From contig JAJFFF010000043.1 in the NCBI GenBank assembly GCA_021776785.1, positions 4,196-68,195 on the forward strand: a DNA stretch of 64,000 bases, written 5' to 3'. Position 1 is the stretch's first letter. Each line of letters starts with the position of its first letter. Below the pieces are notes generated by a model. The model searched no databases. It saw only the letters and a program-made list of their open reading frames with translations, and was not told the origin of the DNA. Of this stretch, positions 10,376 to 21,027 are shown in pieces. Source of the stretch: Planctomycetota bacterium. GTDB lineage: Bacteria; Planctomycetota; PLA2. The translations under genes and the position numbers were made by a program.

Positions 10376-11890
10376 GTGCCGATTCGAAAAGTCTGTGTCG
10401 CGAATCGCGGCGAAATCGCGGTCCGAGTGATCCGGACCCTGCGCGAGATGGGGATTCGGTCCGTCGCCGTTTTTTCCGACGCCGATCGGCGCGAACTGCA
10501 TGTGCGCGCCGCCGACGAAGCGTATCGAATCGGACCGGCCGCGCCCGGTGAATCGTATCTGCGCGGTGACGTGATCATCGCGACCGCGGTGGCAGCGGGC
10601 TGCGACGCCGTCCACCCGGGGTACGGATTCTTGAGCGAGAACGCGGCGTTCGCCGGCGCCGTCGAAGAGGCGGGCCTCGCGTTCATTGGTCCGACCGCCG
10701 CGACGATTGCGCAGGCGGGCGACAAGATCCAAGCGCGCGTCGTGATGAAAGCGGCGGGCGTGCCGGTGATCCCCGGCAGCGATTCGCCCGAGCCCGACGT
10801 CGCGTCCGCCAAAACAATCGCCGACGCGATCGGGTACCCGGTCGCGCTGAAAGCCGTCGGCGGCGGCGGCGGCAAAGGCATTCGCATCGTGCACGAAGCC
10901 GCGGAGCTGAAGTCGGCGTTCACGCGCGCGTCGTCCGAAGCGGAGACCGCGTTTGGAAACGGTGCGGTGTACGTCGAAAAGTTCCTCGTGCGTCCGCGCC
11001 ATATCGAAATCCAAGTGCTGAGCGATACGCACGGCCATCACTTTCATTTCGGTGAGCGTGAGTGCAGCATTCAACGCCGCCATCAGAAGCTCTTAGAGGA
11101 AGCGCCGTCGCCGACCGTTGACGCAACGCTTCGTGCTGCGATGGGTGCCGCCGCCGTGAAAGCCGCGCGCGCCGTGAACTACCGCGGCGCAGGAACCGTG
11201 GAGTTCTTGCTCGACCAAAGCGGGGAGTTTTACTTCCTCGAAATGAACACCCGCATTCAAGTGGAGCACCCGGTAACCGAGCTTTGCTACGGCATCGACC
11301 TCGTGCGCCAACAGGTGCGCGTCGCGGAAGGGCGCGAGCTCAAGTTTGTGCAAGATGACCTCCAACCCGTCGGACACGCGATCGAAGCGCGGCTCACGGC
11401 GGAAGATCCGGGCGGCGGATTTCTTCCGCAGACCGGCACGGTGCGCGCTGTGCGCATGCCGGAAGGGCCCGGCGTTCGGATCGACTCGAACCTGTACCCC
11501 GGGCAAGAGATCACGCTGTTTTACGACCCGATGATCGGTAAGGTCATCGTGCACGGACGCGACCGCGAGCACGCCATCGCCCGCCTCGAACGCGCGCTGA
11601 CTGAGATGCGTTTGGTCGGAATCATGACCTGCGCCCCGCTCCTGCGCGCCGTGTTGAAAGACGACGCTTACCGGCGCGGCGACGTCGACACCGGATACTT
11701 GGAACGCTTCGTCGAAGAGGTCGATTGGCAAGCGCTGCCCGAAGTGAACGATCTCCCGGCCGAACTCCCGGCCGTGCTGACGGCCGTGCTCTACGCGCAC
11801 CAACAAAAGGGCGCCAGCAAGGCGGTGGTCGCGGATCGCGCCGCGCGCAGCGAGTGGCTGACGGCCGCCCGCGCGGAGATGATGCGATGA
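10376..11890 (+). CDS. accC: Biotin carboxylase subunit of acetyl/propionyl-CoA carboxylase
   Basis: ANRGEIA, HPGYGFLSEN, GGGGKG, ERECSIQRRHQK, EMNTRIQVEH; GTG start. Confidence 0.95.
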   Translation: MPIRKVCVANRGEIAVRVIRTLREMGIRSVAVFSDADRRELHVRAADEAYRIGPAAPGESYLRGDVIIATAVAAGCDAVHPGYGFLSENAAFAGAVEEAGLAFIGPTAATIAQAGDKIQARVVMKAAGVPVIPGSDSPEPDVASAKTIADAIGYPVALKAVGGGGGKGIRIVHEAAELKSAFTRASSEAETAFGNGAVYVEKFLVRPRHIEIQVLSDTHGHHFHFGERECSIQRRHQKLLEEAPSPTVDATLRAAMGAAAVKAARAVNYRGAGTVEFLLDQSGEFYFLEMNTRIQVEHPVTELCYGIDLVRQQVRVAEGRELKFVQDDLQPVGHAIEARLTAEDPGGGFLPQTGTVRAVRMPEGPGVRIDSNLYPGQEITLFYDPMIGKVIVHGRDREHAIARLERALTEMRLVGIMTCAPLLRAVLKDDAYRRGDVDTGYLERFVEEVDWQALPEVNDLPAELPAVLTAVLYAHQQKGASKAVVADRAARSEWLTAARAEMMR

Positions 11891-12408
11891 AGTATTACGC
11901 GAAAGTCGGCGCGCGCGAGTTTGAATGCACGATGTCTGAGGATGACGGAGCGTTGTTTGTCGAGGTGGACCAAACGCGCTACCGCGTCGATCTCGCCCAC
12001 ATCGAAGCGTCCGCGTCGTACACGCTGCTCGTGGACGGACGCTCGTACGAGTTTGCGTTGCACGAAGATGAAGACGGGATCGAACTCTCGGGCGGCGCTG
12101 GGTTGTTTCGCGTGTGCGTCGAGGACGCGCGCACCCACGCGGCGCGCGCGATGGTCAGCGCCGCGGGAGGGCCGGCGGGGCCGCGCCTCGTCAAAGCCGC
12201 GATGCCCGGAATCGTTCGTGAATTGCTCGTCGAGGACGGCGCGGTCGTAACGAAGGGCCAACCGCTTCTGATTCTGGAAGCGATGAAAATGCAGAACGAA
12301 ATTCGCGCGGATGGCCCGGGCACGGTCACCCGGGTGCACGTCAAGGCGGGCGCCACGGTGGTCAAGGGCGAAAAGCTCCTCGAGCTTGAATCGCCGCCGT
12401 CGCCGTAG
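11887..12408 (+). CDS. Biotin carboxyl carrier protein
   Basis: Biotinylation motif LEAMKMQNEI; ATGA overlap with the carboxylase stop. Confidence 0.92.
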   Translation: MKYYAKVGAREFECTMSEDDGALFVEVDQTRYRVDLAHIEASASYTLLVDGRSYEFALHEDEDGIELSGGAGLFRVCVEDARTHAARAMVSAAGGPAGPRLVKAAMPGIVRELLVEDGAVVTKGQPLLILEAMKMQNEIRADGPGTVTRVHVKAGATVVKGEKLLELESPPSP

Positions 12409-12498
12409 CGCACCGGGTACGCCGCACCCACGTTCGCCCGGGCTTGCAGGCGCCCACCGAATCTGACACGTACGGGCGGATCCTCGTACTCTATAGAT

Positions 12499-15009
12499 GT
12501 GCCGCGCGCTTTTTGGGTTGTTGTGATCGTTTTGGCCGCCGTCGGGGCTGCGGTGTTGACGCGATGGGGCCCGGCGCAGCAGAGCGACCCGAGTTATTTT
12601 CAGGTGCCGCGCGAGTCGCGGGCTTATGTCGGTTCGGTGTTTCGCGCGGGCGTGGCCGCGCCGGGGATTTCCGTTCACCTCCTCGAAAACGTGATCGACG
12701 GGGCGCGCTTTTCGACGACGACCGACGCGTCGGGACGGTTTCAGTTGGAGTGGCGGCCGACGCGGACACACCTGCGCCAAAAGTTGGTGCTCTTAGCGGA
12801 GCTTCCCGACGTGCCGAAGCCTGCGGCCACCGGTCCGAGCACGGGCGTCGTGCAAAAGGCGCGCGCCGGCGAGAACCGCATCGATCTCGCGCCTGCGGTT
12901 TCGTGGTCCGGCCGAACGTCCGGAGGCAGTTCGGTGGGCGTGGTGTGGGCCGGCACGCGTGGCAGCGGCGCCGTCACCGAGGGCGCGGGGCACCTTCCGC
13001 GAAGCGCGCCCGCGGTTGTCCTCGGATTGGCGGACGGATGTGCGCCGCGTTGGCAGACCATGCGCGCGCACGCGGACGAAACAGAATTCGTGCTTCGTTT
13101 ACGCGCGGGCGTCGATGTGTCCATCACGGCGCGGGATCCGTTTGGGAAACCGATCGTCGGCGCGGTCGCGCGACTCGCGGGCACGACCGACATCGCCGCC
13201 GCGCTTCCGCAGTTTCAGACCGACGAAGGTGGTGTCGCGGTCTTGAAGCATCAGTCCGACGGCGACTACATCTCGGTTCGGATGGAAGCGGAAGGATATC
13301 TCCCGGTCCGCGCTGGGGCGTGGCCGGGCCTGGACAACGAAGTCATCTTGTGGCCCGCGCGCACTGTGGAAGTGACGGTGTGGGACGCGTGGAATCAACG
13401 CGGCATCGACAACGCGGGCTTCGACGTCGAACTCTCCGAGGAGCGGAAAGGTCGTTGGCTAGGTCGGAAACTGGGAAGCACGTCGCGACCGATTCTCATG
13501 GCGCCCGGCAAAACGGTGGGGACGTTTCGCCTGCTGTTGCCGCAGTGCGCGTTGGAACTGACGGCGAACGCGACGGGATACTCCACGGAAACGGCGTCGA
13601 TCGGCGCGAACGACGCCCAGGCGCGCATCCGTCTCACGCCGCCGCGACGTCGACACCGCGCTGCGCACTTGGTCCTCATCGCGCCCGATCAAGTCGGCGA
13701 TCTACCGCTCGTCTTGACCGCGGACGACGGGGAATGGGGGCGGCGCGCGCGTTTGAAGGGCGGTCGCGCACGTATCCTCGTCAAGCCGAACACGAAACTG
13801 AAGTTCGCGTCGACACGCGCGGACGGCGGCCAGTGGATCGCACAAACGTCGGTCGAGCCGGTCGCTCCCGGCAAAGAACGCGAAGTGCAAGTCGCGCTCT
13901 TGCCGGCGATTGCGTTGACCGTCCGCACCAATCCGCCCGTCACGGGCACGGTGTATCTAAGCGACGCCGCCTATGAGGACACGTCCAACGCCGAGAGTCG
14001 TCCGCTGATCGATGGGCGCGCGACGTTCGCTGCGCGCCCGCTGCGCGTCATGCGCGTGCGAGTTGTGCCGGACGGAAACTACTTCGAAGAACGTGCCGAA
14101 TTCGTCACCGCCGATACTGATGAGGAGCGCGGGATCGATCTGATCTCCGCCGCCGGGTTCGAGACAACGGTCCGCGAGTTTGAATCGGGCTTACCGGTTT
14201 CGTTTGCGCGCGTTCGTGTCTGGGAGCCGACGGCAAACGGGCGCCTCGAGCTGCGCTTGCCGCCGCGCGTGTCGTTTGCGGACGCAAACGGCGTCGTCCG
14301 CGTCGTCGGACTGAGGCGCGGCGAGATGGCGTATGAGATCGATGCGCCGTATCTAACCGTGCATCGCGGCGGTGTGGTTCGGCTCGACGAAGGCGTCGTC
14401 AAGAAACTGCCGGGCGTGACGTTGCCGCCGCAGTCCCGTTGGTCGGGCATGGTCGTCGACGAGCTTGGCCACCGACAAGTCGGAAAGAAACTCGCCGTCA
14501 TGCGACCCGAGGTTTATCGCCTGAAGTTCGCCAACGGCGGCGAACGTCGTTTGTTTAACCTGACGTCGATCGCGTTGCCGACGGCGTGTGCCGATCGTGA
14601 CGGAAACTTCTCCGTACCCGACCCGTGGGTGCCCGACACCGATATCGCGGCGCTTAAGGTGGGGCGCGAGAGCCTGCTGGTGGTTCTGTCGGAGGGCAGT
14701 TCGAAGTTTGCGCATACTGTGATCACCGCGCGCAACCTCGCCGAAAACGACGGCAAGGCTGCGATCGGTGAGGGCGGGCGCGTTCAGATCTTTCTCAATG
14801 GCCGGGTGAACGGTGTCTATCTGCTTTTGCCGGGCGGTGTCAACGCGGTGCTGTTGCGCGGCGACCCGTCGATGACCGTGCGCCCGCTGCCGGTGCACCT
14901 GCCGGGGGGAACGCACACGTTGCACGTGCAAATGCGGGACGGGCGCCAGGCGACGACGACGCTCAATTGTCCGCCCGGCGAAATCGTCGATTGGCACGCC
15001 TTTCCCTAG
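12499..15009 (+). CDS. Membrane-anchored protein with carboxypeptidase-regulatory-like beta-sandwich repeats
   Basis: N-terminal hydrophobic anchor; TTDASGRF, DPFGKPIVGA, TDEGGVA, ADANGVV repeats. Confidence 0.65.
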   Translation: MPRAFWVVVIVLAAVGAAVLTRWGPAQQSDPSYFQVPRESRAYVGSVFRAGVAAPGISVHLLENVIDGARFSTTTDASGRFQLEWRPTRTHLRQKLVLLAELPDVPKPAATGPSTGVVQKARAGENRIDLAPAVSWSGRTSGGSSVGVVWAGTRGSGAVTEGAGHLPRSAPAVVLGLADGCAPRWQTMRAHADETEFVLRLRAGVDVSITARDPFGKPIVGAVARLAGTTDIAAALPQFQTDEGGVAVLKHQSDGDYISVRMEAEGYLPVRAGAWPGLDNEVILWPARTVEVTVWDAWNQRGIDNAGFDVELSEERKGRWLGRKLGSTSRPILMAPGKTVGTFRLLLPQCALELTANATGYSTETASIGANDAQARIRLTPPRRRHRAAHLVLIAPDQVGDLPLVLTADDGEWGRRARLKGGRARILVKPNTKLKFASTRADGGQWIAQTSVEPVAPGKEREVQVALLPAIALTVRTNPPVTGTVYLSDAAYEDTSNAESRPLIDGRATFAARPLRVMRVRVVPDGNYFEERAEFVTADTDEERGIDLISAAGFETTVREFESGLPVSFARVRVWEPTANGRLELRLPPRVSFADANGVVRVVGLRRGEMAYEIDAPYLTVHRGGVVRLDEGVVKKLPGVTLPPQSRWSGMVVDELGHRQVGKKLAVMRPEVYRLKFANGGERRLFNLTSIALPTACADRDGNFSVPDPWVPDTDIAALKVGRESLLVVLSEGSSKFAHTVITARNLAENDGKAAIGEGGRVQIFLNGRVNGVYLLLPGGVNAVLLRGDPSMTVRPLPVHLPGGTHTLHVQMRDGRQATTTLNCPPGEIVDWHAFP

Positions 15010-15148
15010 GCTCCATCGAAACCATGGCCCGCGTTCGGTGGGCCGCATCACCGCAGGATCGGCGCGCCGCATCCTCGCGGTCTCTCGTTTGGCGCAGCAT
15101 CTTTCCGTTCGCGTGAACAATGGGCGGCGTGCACGTACCATTGGGCGC

Positions 15149-16054
15149 GTGCGCGAACGTGATTTAGACGAATTCAACTCGATCTTTAAACGATCGATCA
15201 TTCCCACCATTGAAGTCGAGAAGATTGAGGTCTCGACCATTCTTGTGCTGGCGGATTTCTCCGCCACCTCGCAGTCGTGCGTGGACGTGGCGCAAGCGCT
15301 GGCGCGTCGGTTCGCCGGCGCGCGTGTTTGCATTCGATTTTTGCTGCACGAAGGGGACGTCGCACACCGCGCCGAAGCCGAGCAAGCGTTGGATAGGTGG
15401 AACGCCGACGAAAAGAGCATTCTCGTCGGAGATCCGGCCGGATCCATCGAGGGCATGTTCGCGGGCAAGCCGCCGTCGATGGTTGTGGCGCCGACGCCGT
15501 TTCGCCGCCATGACCCGACGCCGACGAGTGATGCCGCCGGCGCCTTCGTCGATCAATTGCTGGTCGCGACGCCGGTTCCGACGCTGCTGCTGCGCGGCAA
15601 AACCGACGAGTCGATCTTTCAATCGATCCTCGCGAAGATCCCCGGCGGTCGCCACGAGTTGATCGAACAGTTCTCGTTCGCCTTTGCGTTGTGCCCGCCG
15701 GGCGGGAAGGTGCGGCTGTTGCACGTCGTCGAAGCCGAACGTCTCAACGAGCTGGCCGAAATCTTAGAGGTCACCCCGGGCATCGACACCGACGAAGGTT
15801 CCGCTGAGCTGCTGCACGCGATCGAAATGCGCATGAACCACCTCCTGCGCGGGGCGCTGCGCACGGGCAAGGATGCCGCGTTCGAGGTCGTCGCCGATCT
15901 TAAGGTCGGGGACCCGTTCAAAATTGTTCCGGCGGCGGCTGCGGACTGCTCGATGATTATCTTGGGGTCTGCGACGAGCCACACGGAGTTCCTGGACTCG
16001 CGCGCCTATCAACTTATGAAAGCGCTGCCGGGCCTTCCGGTCTTGGCGCTTTAG
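15149..16054 (+). CDS. Universal stress protein-like protein (tandem USP folds)
   Basis: TILVLADFSATS..VAQALA, LLVATPVPTLLL, VRLLHVV, GDP, LPVLAL; start estimated at GTG 15149. Confidence 0.6.
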   Translation: MRERDLDEFNSIFKRSIIPTIEVEKIEVSTILVLADFSATSQSCVDVAQALARRFAGARVCIRFLLHEGDVAHRAEAEQALDRWNADEKSILVGDPAGSIEGMFAGKPPSMVVAPTPFRRHDPTPTSDAAGAFVDQLLVATPVPTLLLRGKTDESIFQSILAKIPGGRHELIEQFSFAFALCPPGGKVRLLHVVEAERLNELAEILEVTPGIDTDEGSAELLHAIEMRMNHLLRGALRTGKDAAFEVVADLKVGDPFKIVPAAAADCSMIILGSATSHTEFLDSRAYQLMKALPGLPVLAL

Positions 16055-16063
16055 GCAGACGCT

Positions 16064-17389
16064 GTGGAAACCATCTTTTTCGCGTCGTTGCTCATCGCGA
16101 CGCTCCTCTGTCTCGCGTTCGAAGTGTTGCCGAAAGCCGTGTTGGCGCTTGTCGTCGCGGGCATCAGCTTGTTCGCCGCCATTGCGTTCGGCATGAAGTT
16201 CGGCGACGGCCACGGCGGCGGCCATCTCATTCCCGCGCCCGTGCAACTGATTGAGTGGCCCACACTGGGCGTGATCATCGGGAGCTCGATCTTTGTCGAG
16301 ATCGCGGCGCGCTCCGGCATCTTTACCTGGTCCGCGATCCGGCTGCTCAAGGCGAGCAAGGGCGATCCGTGGAAGCTGCTTTTGCTGTTGGGCGTGCTGA
16401 CGTTGCTGTTTAGCGCGTTCCTCAACAACGTGACCGCCATGATCATCGTCGGCTCGCTGACGGTGGTGGCGTGCAAAAACCTAGGACTTGACGCGAAGCC
16501 GTACCTCCTCACCGAAGCGTTTTTGACCAACGTCGGCGGTCTGCTGACGCTGATCTCGTCGTTGCCCAACATCATCCTCGGGCAGGTCGCCGGGATCTCG
16601 TTTCTCCGCTTTTTCCTGGTCGCCGCGCCGTACTGCCTCCTTGCATCCGCCGCGACGCTGATTCTCGCGCGCCGCATCTTTAAGATTCAGCCGTTTCGCG
16701 ATGAGGAAAAACGTAAACACGCGGAGCAGCGCGTGATGGAGTTCGACGAGTGGGAGACCGTCTCGGACCGCCGCTTTTTTAACGCGGCTTGGTTCGTGAC
16801 GGGAGGCGTCGTGGTCCTGTTCGCGCTGCAGAGCTATCTGCCGGTGTTTAAGAGCGAGCACCTTGGGTTGCAGTTCGTGGCCTTTTTGGGCGCGACCGTG
16901 ATGCTTCTCCTGCGCCCCAAAGCCGTCGAGGAAGCGCTGCGCAAAGTCGAGTGGTCACTCGTTTTTTTCTTTGTCGGGTTGTTCGTGCTGATCGGCGTCT
17001 GCGAGAAAGCGGGCGTCCTCGCGATCATGGGGAAGGGGATCACGGCCCTGATCGACGGCACAGGGATTTATGCGTCCGCGATTTTGGTGTGGGTCACCGG
17101 CATTTTGAGCGGGTTGACGGATAACGTGCCGCTCGCGGCGATGCTGGGCAAGATGCTGGATCCGGCGGTCATCAAAGAGGACGTGTTTTGGGCCGCGATC
17201 ATTGGCGGCAACCTGGGCGGCAACATTACGCCGATTGGTTCGGCGGCCGTTGTGGTCGGCGTGACGTTGATGAAGCGCGAAGGGATCAAGATCACGTTCG
17301 TCGGTTTTATGAAGACCGCGGCGCCGTTTGCGATCACGCAGCTGATCATCGGATCGATCTACCTGCTGATCATCCGCACGCTACTTTGA
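16064..17389 (+). CDS. ArsB/NhaD/SLC13 family permease
   Basis: Many TM helices; SAFLNNVT, NVGGLLTLISSLPNII, SGLTDNVP, NLGGNITPIGSAA. Confidence 0.88.
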   Translation: METIFFASLLIATLLCLAFEVLPKAVLALVVAGISLFAAIAFGMKFGDGHGGGHLIPAPVQLIEWPTLGVIIGSSIFVEIAARSGIFTWSAIRLLKASKGDPWKLLLLLGVLTLLFSAFLNNVTAMIIVGSLTVVACKNLGLDAKPYLLTEAFLTNVGGLLTLISSLPNIILGQVAGISFLRFFLVAAPYCLLASAATLILARRIFKIQPFRDEEKRKHAEQRVMEFDEWETVSDRRFFNAAWFVTGGVVVLFALQSYLPVFKSEHLGLQFVAFLGATVMLLLRPKAVEEALRKVEWSLVFFFVGLFVLIGVCEKAGVLAIMGKGITALIDGTGIYASAILVWVTGILSGLTDNVPLAAMLGKMLDPAVIKEDVFWAAIIGGNLGGNITPIGSAAVVVGVTLMKREGIKITFVGFMKTAAPFAITQLIIGSIYLLIIRTLL

Positions 17390-19264
17390 TGGCGTTTCCA
17401 ACCGCCACCAACCACCCAGCACGGGGTGAAGACCCGTCGCGGCCGCGCGTTCCGCGGCCGCTTTCGCACCGTTTAAGAGCGCGCGAAAGTCGTCGAGCAC
17501 GTGGCCGTTGTCGCCGATATAGCTGTGGCCGCCGCTCACGCCCGACACGTCGATTGTGTCCATCCCGGGCACCGTGACCACGCGTCCAGCGCGGACTTCC
17601 CCCGCGACTTGGACGTTGCCTCGCAGACTACGCGACGCGACGAGCGCGTAGTCGTTCTTAGAAGCGTAGAGCGTCACGCGATGCGTCACGTTGACGAGAG
17701 CGGGTGCGATGTATTGCTCGAAAATATCGGCGTCGATGTCGGGCGCGGCCAAAATGACGTTCTTGTAGATGTTGGTGTGTTCGGATCCGCCGAGCGCCAA
17801 ACGGTCGAGCGCTTCGGTGAGGACGTAGCCGCCCATGGAATGGCCGACAAGGTAAATCGTTGCGGCGCCTGACTTGGCGCGCAGGTCCAGGAGGAACGCG
17901 GCGAGGTGACGCACCGCCCAACGGGCATGGCCCTTGTCGGCCTCATACATCGGGATCTCGCCCTGACTCGGCCACGAGTAGAGAATCGGCGCGCCGTCGA
18001 ACTGGACGTCCCATGCGATTTGCGCGGTGCGCCACACGGCCTCGCGAAACTCGACGTTGTAGCCGTGCACGAACACAAACGCGCGCTTGCCTTCCGACGT
18101 TGCCACCCGATCGCGGATGCCGCCAAAAAAGATGTCCTCCTCCTGCCGCTTGAGGCGCACCAGCATGATGTGCTCGTCGCGCTCGGGAAGAAGTTCGAGG
18201 CGCCAGATGCGCGGGCGCTCAATTTCGCCGGGTTCGTGGCCCGGCGGAATGCTCACGTCGCAGATCCCGACGTCGTAGCCGCGGGTCCGGACGTTTTCGT
18301 TTGTGCTTCGCTCCGTTCCGTACAGCGTGCCGAGACGTTCGTGTTCGCGCATGACCTGGAGCGTCTGGCGTGCCGTGAAAAACGTAAACACGAGCCAGGC
18401 GAGTGTGAGCGCGACCCAGACGTAGCGGCGCAACGCTACGGCCAAAAGTTTCGGCAATAAGATGACGCCAAACAACGCGAGTGCGACCCAACGGAACTGT
18501 GCGAATAGCCAGCCGCGGTCCGGCTTGAACGTGGCGCGATCGGTCGCAAAATACACGCGGACCAAACGTTCGCGGTCCGGCGCGCCGGTCTCGATTTCAT
18601 GAGCGAGGTCGGGTTCGTCGCTGAGCGGGGTCAACGGAGTCTCTCGATCGAGCGCGGCGAGCCAGTCTTGGATCTCGGGCACGTGGGGCAGCAGCTCACG
18701 CAACTCGCGCGCTGTGTTTACGGCCGCGTCCATGTCGTCCACCTGTACCGAGAGCAGCAAAAACTCGTGGTAGAAGCGCGCCGCCAGCGGAAACCAACCC
18801 AGGTCGCGTGCGCGTCGCGCCGCATCGTCGGCGAGCTCGCGCGCGGGCTTGCGTTGTTTGTCTTTGAGGAGGAGCGCGAGGCGAGCTTCATCGATGCGAA
18901 GGCGCAGGATCGGACCCGCCGCATCGATGGCGGCCAGCGCTTCGGTCGTGGACGCGCGGACCCACGCGGCGCGTGCGGTGGCATCGCGGTCGTCGGTGTT
19001 GCCGACGGCGCGCACGAGCTGCTCGTTTTGGCACGCGCGCGCCCACGCCAAAGCCGCTTGTGGCTCCCCGCGACCGATCAGTTCATCGGCGACAAGCCAC
19101 GGGCGCGCGTCGGCGCTTTTTGCAAGCGCGTCCAACGGCGCTCGATCGTCACCGCGTACGGCGGTCAGGACGGCGTCGACTTGTTCGCCCAACGGGCCAG
19201 CGGACGCACGCGCCGCCAGGGCCAACAAAACAAGCAATACCCACAAAGATCGCATCTGCCCCAT
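17381..19264 (-). CDS. DUF900-type alpha/beta hydrolase with signal peptide and TM hairpin
   Basis: VYFATDR, FVFVHGYN, YSWPS, nucleophile elbow GHSMG, LAAPDID, LYASKND, GHSY. Confidence 0.82.
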   Translation of the reverse strand: MGQMRSLWVLLVLLALAARASAGPLGEQVDAVLTAVRGDDRAPLDALAKSADARPWLVADELIGRGEPQAALAWARACQNEQLVRAVGNTDDRDATARAAWVRASTTEALAAIDAAGPILRLRIDEARLALLLKDKQRKPARELADDAARRARDLGWFPLAARFYHEFLLLSVQVDDMDAAVNTARELRELLPHVPEIQDWLAALDRETPLTPLSDEPDLAHEIETGAPDRERLVRVYFATDRATFKPDRGWLFAQFRWVALALFGVILLPKLLAVALRRYVWVALTLAWLVFTFFTARQTLQVMREHERLGTLYGTERSTNENVRTRGYDVGICDVSIPPGHEPGEIERPRIWRLELLPERDEHIMLVRLKRQEEDIFFGGIRDRVATSEGKRAFVFVHGYNVEFREAVWRTAQIAWDVQFDGAPILYSWPSQGEIPMYEADKGHARWAVRHLAAFLLDLRAKSGAATIYLVGHSMGGYVLTEALDRLALGGSEHTNIYKNVILAAPDIDADIFEQYIAPALVNVTHRVTLYASKNDYALVASRSLRGNVQVAGEVRAGRVVTVPGMDTIDVSGVSGGHSYIGDNGHVLDDFRALLNGAKAAAERAAATGLHPVLGGWWRLETPSK

Positions 19265-19495
19265 TGGACGAAATGGGGGGGGCCGGGTTCCAGTGCCGTT
19301 TGATGCCGCTAGACAACGAATCTTTGTGCGAGCTGGGATTCGCTTCGCTCCAAACGGGCTGCGAGCGCGGCCTCGTCCGGTTTCTTACGAGATTCCGTCA
19401 GGATGCGGCGGACTTGCGGAATACGTAACCGCCGCGGCGGCGCGGGATAGAACGAAACAAAGCAACGGTTCTGGTTCGTATCGGAAGGCGCGCGT

Positions 19496-20275
19496 CTATT
19501 CGATGTGTTCTCGCAACGCTTGTTCGCACCGCTCCGCTTGGGAGCGCAGAGGATCGACGTCGTGAGCGTTGGTCCGGGACTCGGCGAGCGCTTTTCCTCT
19601 TTCCAGCCGCTTGCGCGCTTCGTCGCGGTCGCCCGCATCGATCGCAATCTCGGCGCAACTGAGCTGCAGGATCGGCTCGTCGGGTAGCGCCGTGGCCGCG
19701 CTCTTGATCATGCGGAGTGCTGTTTGCGCGTCCCCGCATCGCCACAATGCGAGCGCATGGTTGGCCCGCAACGCCGCGCCCCGCGGTGCGAGTTTGTGGG
19801 TGTCGTCGAACACATCCGCAAGCGCCTCATCGTTGTCGGACTCACTCTGTGCTTCTCGGCGCGCGCGGTCGTCCGCCTGCGCGAAAGCCGCGAGCGCTTC
19901 TTGCCAACGCTCCTGCGTGTACAGGGCGAGACCCAACGCGGCGTAGGCGTCGACATCGGCGCGCGCCTTGACCATGGAACGGGCGATCGACTCCGCGTCG
20001 GCGGGCGCATTGCGCTTCATCGCTTTGGCGAAACTCGCATCGAATCCAAACAGGCGTTCGATAAGGACGCCGGCGACCATACCGAGCGCGGCACCCGCGA
20101 GAATCGGACCGATTTGGGCCGCCAACTGACGCCCGATCAAGTTGTGAACCATCACCGTTCCGAGCGTGAGTCCCACGAGGACCGGGATGGGCCACGAGCG
20201 TGCGTAGCGAACCGACCACCACATCGCCACCGTGCCCGCGGCTAAGAATGCAAAAAACCACGCGCTCGGGGCCAT
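19496..20275 (-). CDS. Membrane protein (about 3 TM) with C-terminal TPR repeats
   Basis: Hydrophobic N-terminus; AYAALGLALYTQERWQEALAAF, ANHALALWRCGDAQTAL; -10 TACGAT 7 nt before ATG 20275. Confidence 0.65.
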   Translation of the reverse strand: MAPSAWFFAFLAAGTVAMWWSVRYARSWPIPVLVGLTLGTVMVHNLIGRQLAAQIGPILAGAALGMVAGVLIERLFGFDASFAKAMKRNAPADAESIARSMVKARADVDAYAALGLALYTQERWQEALAAFAQADDRARREAQSESDNDEALADVFDDTHKLAPRGAALRANHALALWRCGDAQTALRMIKSAATALPDEPILQLSCAEIAIDAGDRDEARKRLERGKALAESRTNAHDVDPLRSQAERCEQALREHIE

Positions 20276-20341
20276 CCCGCGCATCGTACCCGATCGCGCG
20301 CAACGCTTGACGACGCGGCTGGGCGGCGTTCTGCTGTTGGT

Positions 20342-20968
20342 GTGAGCGCATCCAGCAAGGGCCGACGACATGTGCTGTTGACCGATCTGGATGGTGTCCT
20401 GCGTCACTGGGATCCTGCGTATCAGCGCGCGGCCGAGCGCGCCGGTGGCCTGCCGCGCGACGCTGTCCGGAATGCGGCGTTTGCGCCGGACCTTCTCTTG
20501 CCCGCCGTACGCGGCGAGGTCAGCGATGATGCTTGGCGCGCGAATGTCGTCGAACGGCTCCAGCAGACGCACCCGGCGTGTGACGCCGCGGCGGCGGTGG
20601 CTACGTGGTCGGAACCGGTCGGTCGCATCGATCCGGACGTGGCCGCACTCCTGCAACGTGTGCGATCCCGGCACGTTGTCGTCCTCGTGACAAACGCGAC
20701 GACGCGCCTAGCCCAAGACCTCACCGCCGTCGGGGCGCAGGACGCATTCGATCACATCATCAACTCCGCTGATGTGGGCTGCGAAAAGCCGCGCCCCGCG
20801 ATCTACCAGGCAGCGCTGCGCGCGGCCGGAGTCGAAGCCGCATCGGCGGTCTTTGTCGACGACACGGAAGCGAATGTGCGCGGCGCGCAGCAGCTTGGAC
20901 TCGCGGGTCACCTGTTTCAGGGCGCGGCGGGCATGCAGGCGTTCTTGCAGCACCACGGACTCGGCTAG
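20342..20968 (+). CDS. HAD-superfamily hydrolase (IA)
   Basis: DLDGVL, VTN, KP, FVDD..NVRGA motifs. Confidence 0.88.
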   Translation: MSASSKGRRHVLLTDLDGVLRHWDPAYQRAAERAGGLPRDAVRNAAFAPDLLLPAVRGEVSDDAWRANVVERLQQTHPACDAAAAVATWSEPVGRIDPDVAALLQRVRSRHVVVLVTNATTRLAQDLTAVGAQDAFDHIINSADVGCEKPRPAIYQAALRAAGVEAASAVFVDDTEANVRGAQQLGLAGHLFQGAAGMQAFLQHHGLG

Positions 20969-21027
20969 CACGACAGCATCCATGCGCTTCGACGCGCGCT
21001 GCCCTTCGTCTTTTCTTATCGGTAGTG

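Noticed and set aside
19265..19495. G8 tract and weak hairpins upstream of the DUF900 gene, with faint similarity (AATG..CCGGGTT) to the 9196 repeat
   Set aside because: The similarity is too short and there is no partner repeat; phase variation is unsupported.
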